From: Eledone cirrhosa
Lineage: Eukaryota
Direction of reading: 5' to 3'
Assembly: GCA_964016885.1 (NCBI GenBank)
Contig: OZ024742.1
Coordinates: 276,520,001 to 276,584,000, forward strand
Length of the DNA: 64,000 nucleotides
Shown: piece after piece, positions 56,264 through 64,000 of the stretch
How positions within the stretch are numbered: position 1 is the stretch's first letter
How the letters are laid out: each line of letters starts with the position of its first letter
Notes under the pieces: generated by a model
Databases searched by the model: none
The model's input: only the letters and a program-made list of their open reading frames with translations
Told to the model about the DNA's origin: nothing
Made by a program: the position numbers and the translations under genes

Positions 56264-56313
<50 letters not shown>

Positions 56314-56639
56314 AAAGAGAGAAAGAATTTATTTATTTTTGATGAATTTCCAAGGAATAAGAAACTAAAGCTTTAGTTATAGGTTTAGGGTGTATATATA
56401 TATATATATATATACTAATATATAAATATAACGGTATCTATAAACTTTTCGATAACGATGTTATTAACTGCACTTGCATGCTTTCTACAGAAACTAGGAA
56501 AAGGAAGCCTGGGCTGGGATATTTAGAAACTGAGTCAAGATAAGCTAGAGATATTCAGAGGCAAGTATCTCTCTAACTTTACACATGGAGATGTGTATAT
56601 GAAGAACAATAACAAATAAAACAAAATATTGAGTGCGCT

Positions 56640-56720
56640 CTAAGCCCCGCCCATTTTCCCTAATATGGTTGTAATAGGGCCATAATCTTGTTGATGCCTT
56701 CATTTCAAGATGGCGACGCT
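56640..56720 (+). promoter_or_regulatory. Probable core promoter of the DLG5-like gene
   Basis: GC box gccccgccc at 56644-56652, CArG box CCTAATATGG at 56659-56668, YY1-type caagatggcg at 56706-56715. Confidence 0.55.
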
Positions 56721-56902
56721 GGAAAGAAGGAAGGGAGTAACTTTGAAGAACTAGTTTCTATAGATGAGTTTCCTCGTCTCTGGGTCAAATGTTATTTCTA
56801 AAACAAAGAAAGTTGAAAGTGTTGTCTCAGCAAATGTTAGAACGTGCCATTTTTTTCAAATGATGCTTATTCTTTTATTTCTTTAACAAGTTGATAACTA
56901 TC
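56700..56902 (+). other. Probable non-coding first exon of the DLG5-like gene (start approximate)
   Basis: Donor c|gtaagt at 56903; acceptor ttgttctatatag at 57057 opens the ATG-containing exon. Confidence 0.5.
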
Positions 56903-57295
56903 GTAAGTTTTTTTTTCTCTCATTCTTAAATTTTAGCAATTGTTAAAAGTTATAATTATCATTGTGAATCGCTGTTTAGTTTAATAGTGAACGACGTATT
57001 TTCTTCCGTTGTCCAAGAAATACGTTCTCTTTAAATTAGTTATTTTGTTCTATATAGTGAAAAGAAAAAGAGAGCGAGCGAAAGGACAAAAAAGTTTTGA
57101 TTCCCATCCACATGAAGAATATGGCCGACCGTCAGAGACAGTTTGGTTCTCTTTGACACATGTGTCTTAGATTGCTTAGTGCTGCTTCTTCGGTCGTCTG
57201 TTGTTACTAGACAGCTGTACAAGGTTTTCTTATAGTAGTCAGTGTGATCGGAACATTTTCTCTTGATGCACTCTACTTTGTATTGGCCATGAAAT

Positions 57296-57578
57296 ATGGA
57301 TGAGAAACATAAGGAACTCTTGGAATTACACAGATCCAAATTTGTTCGAGCTATCGATGTTGATCGTATTTATTCCATTCTGAAAAGTGCCGATGTTCTC
57401 AGCGATGATGATATTTCGACAATCAACAATCAAACATCAAAGTCGGCGAAAGTTGAAAAGCTACTTGACATTTTACCATCCAAAGGAATGCTTGCCTTTC
57501 AAAACCTATGTCATGCCCTGGAAACCACTTACCCTCATCTTTTGACTTTGATGTTTCTTGGTGGTAATCACAAGAACG
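57296..57578 (+). CDS. DLG5: First coding exon, N-terminal CARD domain; most likely Discs large 5
   Basis: MDEKHKELLELHRSKFV...KVEKLLDILPSKGMLAFQNLCHALETTYPHLLTLMFLGG has a CARD pattern, and its end resembles the DLG5 CARD as I recall it (FQDLRAALEKTQPHLLPILYLNG); donor g|gtaagt at 57579; no further exon recognised before 64000. Confidence 0.75.
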
Positions 57579-58616
57579 GTAAGTTGCTTTTACATTCAAT
57601 TTATTATTATTTCTTTTTTCATTTTCTATAAATTTTCTTGGTAAAATAAAAAAAATAAACAAAAGATTTCCTAATGTTTATTTTCATCTCGTCCTTCCTC
57701 CTTCCTCTCTTTCACATACACAAACACCAATAAAATAGTCATGTAGGTTTATTTCTCCGCATATTTTTTGTCTTTCCCTCCTCTTTCAAACTTTTCAAAT
57801 GTAAATTTTTTTAGTTTTAGATTTGCAACCCAACATAATAATATATCTGACCAAATTTAAGAAGAATTTTCAAAGTTTATAGGCTCTCCGAATTTTATTA
57901 ATATTTTTGTTGTTATTATTAATAGCAACAGTTGCTGTAACAATCATCAACATTAGCAAGCAGTTACCTATATATCATATATAGTTCTCTTGGCAAAGTA
58001 ATCAAACAATTTTATTTCAAGTTTAATTAAAAAGTTGTTTATATCGTATTTGAATTAATTTAACAATTCGAAACTGCATTCTCCAAATATATATTATGGT
58101 TTTTATTACTTTTGTTGTTAATTGTTACCACAATGTAATGCGTTAGTATTTATGTTTACCTATTTAAAAGTAAATGAATATTTTACTCGGTCGATTGGTT
58201 GAACTAGTTCAGGTAAAGCAATTAAAATATTTGTACTACCTTTTTTTACACCTTCCTTTTTATTTATTTTTGCTGCTTATTGGAGCGAATAAATTAGCCA
58301 CTTTTAACTGTTGAATGTTAAATCGCGCACTGCAAAATCTTATATTTTTTACTTAACGTAATTTCTAAAGTTTCATATTATTTTGTGTTTATACAGTCAA
58401 TAGAATAAATTTACTTCATATATCAATGTTAACATACACTTCATCATAAATGTTTCAGTTACATAAATAAATAAAATTATCTTAATGGCCAAAATTTCTC
58501 TTCGCGTTATATATTGCTAAATTCATTTGCTACCTGCTGTTATCTTTCAACCTAATTTTTCCTCTGTGAAGTCTCCATCAATTTTGCTGCTTTAGTGTTT
58601 TTTTATAAACCAAATA

Positions 58617-58804
58617 ATTGTTTCTACTTTAGGCACAAGGCCAGCAATTACCCAGTGCATTACTGGTACTTTATTTTATCGACCCCGTAAGGATGAAAGG
58701 CAAAGTCAACCTCGGCGGGATTTGAACTCAGATCGTAAAGGCACATAACTATGCTGGAAAGCATGGCGTCCAACCCTCTACTGATACTGCCAATCCACCA
58801 CCCT
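58617..58804 (-). mobile_element. SINE family A with 10-bp TSD
   Basis: Reverse complement of the 30450 copy; accaaataat on both sides. Confidence 0.85.
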
Positions 58805-61039
58805 ACCAAATAATAAACAGATTTTTGTTTATTGTTTGTTTTTTAAAACTTTTCGTTACACAATTCATAAAAATTATAACTAATTTATATTCTTTTCTTC
58901 CAGTGGTATTATGAATTTTCAAAAATCAAATATTTTCCTTAATATTTGAGATATTCTAGATAATATTAACCTAATATGTAACAAAATAGATAATCACAAA
59001 ACTGGTGGTGATAATTATTTAAAATTTGATATAAGGCACCAAAAAAAAAAAACGAGTCAATCCTGGTGTAATTTGAACTTGAAATTCATATTGGCTCTCT
59101 ACCTAACCAATGTCTTCTCTGTTATGCAATAAACAATATTAGTTTCTAATTTTATCGCAGCACCCTTAAAAGATATACAGTCCTATAGACTGTCGTGTAT
59201 TTATAGTAATTATTTCATCGAATATTTAATAAGTGATTCTTAGTAGAAAGTTTTTTTCCTTTAAAAAAAAAAGAAGAAAATAATGTATAAAATCGATTTG
59301 CGATGTTAGTAATTAATACTTTCAATGAAACGAATCTAACTAAATGAAAAATAAACTTATGCTTGGAATGAAATCGTGTGACACTATAAAAGCAACAAGT
59401 TCTTATTGTGCATCTTCCTCACTCCAATCGTTCATATTACGGAAAAAATTGGTGTCACTGTGTTCTGGTGTTTGTTTAATTGATTGCTGAAGTTAGGAAC
59501 TCGAGGCATTTGAAAAATGTAGGTAAACTTAGAAAATGGGTTTTATTTTTCGAAATTATTAATTTTTTAGTAACTTATTTGGATATTAAACTTTATTCAA
59601 AGTGTCATACGGTTATATGAAAAAACGAATCAGTTAAACTAAAAATAAAATTTACACACTTTTGGGTACATAGAAATAACAAACTTTGATAATGGTAGTC
59701 ACTAAAATAATGACTACCATTTATGTTGAGAACAAATTCTTTTTGCTTTGATAATTTTTCAATTATGTAAGGTAGTTTGAAGGGGGATAGTGTATGTGTG
59801 GTCAAGAAATAACAACTTAGCTTGGAACCTGTTATATTATTATTTCTTAATCTGTTCATCTCATTCGTTGTTCAGAGAGAAAGATAGTGATATATTTGAA
59901 GGCTGTGGAAATAAGGTTGATTGATTTTGGTACAGTAGTTGTAGATAAGCTCGACTTCGTTATTTCTAAAATGAAGACTTATTCATTATCCCCTGTTATT
60001 TAGCTTACTTGGGTATACTCGACAACACGGGCGTATACATAGGTGGAGACTGAATAGTTAATCTGACCCCTGATGAAAAGAAAGCTAATGTTTGTATAAT
60101 CAGCACTGGTAAACAAAGTTGCATTTTCTTTTTTCAAATAAGCTTATCAAGGCTGTATAGAATAAAACAAAACATTTCTTTGCCGCCTTCTGAAGTAATG
60201 TTTATTTACTTTTTGTATTAATACTGATTAAAATAAACAAAACATATATAAAAAAACGAGGTTTTCTTCGTGTTTTCCCTAAACGAATTAGCTGCACTAA
60301 AAAGTTTAGTGAAATGATTCTCTATCAACAGTTTGTTTCTCTACGCCACCCCTGTTTTGTTATTGGAAGTTGTTTGTCAATAAAATGACATTGTTATTTG
60401 AAATTCACTTTTAAGTATTCAATTGAGGTATACTGAAAATCTTCTATTACTGTAATTTCATGGCTTCAAAATAAAATATTTGCAACTCTTGGTTATGACG
60501 GGATCCCAGTTCATAATAACCACCTCCGCCCAAATATGATTATGGAATAATTTCACAATACTAGAAATAGTGTTAATATAATTTTTTTAATCTTTAATTT
60601 ATTTATTATATATTTTAGAATTTAGTTTAAACTAAATGGAAAATGTGATAAAAAACTGTACAATATACATGACAATAAGGAAACAAAAATATAATTATCT
60701 ACTATTTTCTCAAACACAAGCTAGAATCGGTGTTTCGCAGTTTATTTGATTTTTCATTTCCTCGTGAATTTATCTTCCAGTATTTAATTAGTTCGTTTCT
60801 ACAGCTAACATGTACGAAATAATTCTAAGAAGTTAATTCTAATGCGACATCGTTGAAGATCTGTTTTAGCAAAAGGTTTTTCCTGTTGAGGTTTTCGTTT
60901 GTATTCAACGTCATTTAAAAAATACCTCCGATTGAAAACATATCGACTAAAGGATACGGTTATATAGATTGATAGTTGAAACTTAACTTATGGATATAGA
61001 AGTTTGAATACTGTTTCTACCTGGTTACGGTGATGTTAT

Positions 61040-61295
61040 AATTGCATCATTGTCATATGAGGTGTATTTTGAAATGTCATTGGCTGGCCATACTTTAAAA
61101 ACACCGTTAACGATAGTGACATGACCGGGGTTTCTCGACCTGCTAGAAATAGCAGGCCAATCCCCATATCAAATATAAAGAGATGTTGGTTGATGTAGAC
61201 GCTGATATTCCCCAAAAAAGAAAAAAAAAACTGGATGCTCACACCTGAAACGCTTTTTATCAGAGGTCTGCTCGATCATAGCTGACCTGGTGTTT
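61040..61295 (+). mobile_element. Unclassified interspersed repeat (related pieces at ~16520-16600, 31765-31905, 53545-53665)
   Basis: Shared gacctgctagaaatagcag... and ggtctgctcgatca.agctgacctgg motifs. Confidence 0.55.
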
Positions 61296-64000
61296 TGAAC
61301 CAGAGCATCTTTTATTAATTTCTAGTATTGTTGATAAACTTTATTATTTGGTCATGGTCCATGTGAATTCGTTTTCCTGTAACAATTTTATTTCATGCCC
61401 TTTGAATCGAAAAATAAATTTAATTTCCATTATGATCCTCTCCTTCCCCCAGTTTCATTTTCTTGTACACACACAGACATACATATTTACTCTTTTTCCA
61501 TATATGTATGTATACAACATACTGTGGTAATTAACAGTTACACTTTTATGAATTTGGATTTCTTTTACGTAATTGTAAAATGTTTTCCGTGTGAATATTT
61601 ATTTATTTATTATCAATTTAGCTGTGACTGAGCCTTCGGATTCACTCAAGTCACATATTGTGATATAGCCATTTATTTATTACCTTCAGACTTCATTTAA
61701 TTCACATAGGATATTTCTGCTGGAATATGAAGACATTGTTAGCGAAGGGTGTTAACTATCATACATAGAAATTTGTTTAAAAAGGTTTTGTAGAAAGTAA
61801 GTCGTCAACAAATAAAAGTCAGTGTTGAAACTTTATTATTGTAACCTAGTATAACGAAATACAGAATCTGTACAGCATCGTGCAAATTGTGACTGCATTT
61901 AATGATGTTCCTTTATATTCTGAGTTCAAAATTCTGCCAAAGTTGACTTCATTCTTCCGGCACCGATAAAACAGGTACTTGTCAAGTACAGTGTATCGAT
62001 AAAGATCGACAATACTTTCCTTCAAAATGTGTGTCCTTGTGTCTATGTCATGAATTATTATTCTCAACCAGTGGGTGGTTACGTAGTTGCTTTAAAAAAT
62101 TCCAAGTTTGGTGTGTCCATGTTTCCGTTGTATATTCAGCTGAAGCCATCGTTTCATCGCTCCAAATAGATAAAAATCAGTACCACTAAAATTCCTGACC
62201 GATTAAAAGAATTTAACATTTTATACTAGTTTAAATACACACACCCACACACACATTATATATATATATATATAGGTTTCCACCTGTTTGTGATGGAGGC
62301 TCAGATCTGTGCTTATCTCAGTTTCCTTGGCATTAAGCGACTAAGAGTACAAACATATGCCAATTCATTGTGGGGTTAAACCCCAGCTACTGCTGGTACT
62401 CATTTTCAGCTGAATATAGAGCAACGTGAAATGAAGTGTTTTACTCAAGATCCCAACACATAATCTGGTCCAGCAATTGAACCTATGACATTATGACTAT
62501 GCGCCGTTACTATATATACGTTTGTGTGTGTGTCTGTGTTACTGTGTGTATGATAGGAAATTGGCAGAGATGAGGGAGGGTGCTGGTAGCATAGCCTTCT
62601 ACGATGCCTTGTGAGATTCTTTGATGGAGCAATATGCTTCTTCACCATTCCGCATTTGCGCCAATAAGTTTCAAAATATTCGGACAAAAACTATTCTATT
62701 AAAGAACCGTAGCCTGTAAAAAGAAAACTACTAAGGACATGATTTGTGACCAACGAATTTATCACAGTAGCATTATGTTCTTTATTCTAAGAGTATAAAG
62801 TAATATCATCTCATCTTTTGTCATAAACATGAGACACACCGACTGGTTCCAGAACAGCTGGAGTATTAGGTGAGACTTCATTACAATGTTGATTCTGAAT
62901 ATCTTGAAAGCATAGTGGTGTTTAAATAGCAAGAAAGCCCATGTAATCCAAAGCAGTTGATAGACCTTCTGTAGAGACATTTATATGAAATACAATTATT
63001 GGTGCTTACTTTCAATGCCATTGCTATTTGTAATCCACTACCACTTAATAAATTGCCAATGTCTGCAAATGGCAGATCATTAATTTTTGCAGCCAAATCT
63101 TTTTCCCTGAGTAGTTAATATGAGCTTGTGTGAATTCATTTAGAAAATATCAAAACAGCATTCCGTACTTGCCTTATTTAAAGGATCCTCCTTGTTGGTA
63201 TTTGTGCACTTCGTTAATCACAACCATTTTCCTAAGAAAATTAGAATTCCCATTAATGAAGTAGAGGATGCAGTTTGCTTAAAGCAAAGAAACAAGGCAA
63301 AAGAGGTCTTTTCAGCTACAGAAACTCTATCTACCATTATGCAATGGAAAGAGGCTTATATTCAGACTAGTTTGAAAAAAAAAAAAAAAAAAAATGGTAT
63401 TATCATGAGCCACTATTCTATCATGGTCTGATTTTAATATCTTAGCAGTCTAATATCTGGTTTGAATTTCAAATTGCAACTGCTTGTCTTATCGTCATAT
63501 ATTCTTTGTTTCCTAAATAGAAAGGCATGGATGTCAACTCTCTTTTCATACTTTTCTACAAATATAGGACTCTTGATTATTTAGATTAATTTTATCAAGC
63601 ACTATAATTTATGTCATCTAAGATGTTTTCTTTACTTCTAATATACATTCAAACTGTCTGTTAGCACAAAGAGTTGTACTTTGTATGTCACAGAGAACAG
63701 AGGAGGGTGCCACTAAATTTATAACAGCTTTTTTAGACTGGAGTCATACTTTTTAATTATGAGTTTCTTTCTTTCTCCCATGTTGGTCAACTTTACATAC
63801 ATGTCAGCAGGCTGTTAACTGTCTGCCAGTAAATCTGTCCTGCCATTTAGCAAGTACACACCCAGTTATTATTTGTTTTGTGTTTCTTCTGCTGACATAT
63901 TAGATATATTTTTTAGTTTTAAATTGTACCCTCTATTTCATGATTTGTACAAAACTAATTATAATTATTGCTTTCTTAGACACAATGCCAATCTTGTAAA

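Noticed and set aside
57579-64000. Further DLG5 exons or another gene
   Set aside because: No ORF with credible splice sites and recognisable homology; it reads as an AT-rich first intron with SINEs.

Overview
This is AT-rich, intron- and repeat-dense animal genomic DNA. The SINE and RTE families look like those of a coleoid cephalopod, probably an octopus (inference). Positions 14-44660 (+) hold 30 GT-AG exons of flightless-I (FLII; LRR plus gelsolin repeats). The N-terminal exons lie upstream of the window and the stop codon is at 44658-44660. From about 56.6 kb there is a promoter, a 5'UTR exon and the first coding (CARD) exon of a probable DLG5 gene (+). Introns and intergenic DNA contain a 5'-truncated CR1-type LINE, several RTE LINEs whose reverse transcriptase carries an internal PHD-type zinc finger, CRE-type RLE-LINE fragments, tRNA-derived SINEs, mariner and piggyBac-like MITEs, a mini-Helitron and minisatellites, often nested. 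The most unusual signal is at 53.8-56.3 kb. Four short elements with unrelated sequences sit in (TA)n tracts and share a TGAGT(A/G)C motif 40-70 nt from their end. Three carry hammerhead-ribozyme-like motifs with palindromic stem-III loops, and two form long fold-back palindromes, as expected for Penelope-like element termini or retrozyme-like elements. Exon coordinates were read at base level. Repeat boundaries are approximate, and all family assignments come from manual recognition, not database searches.
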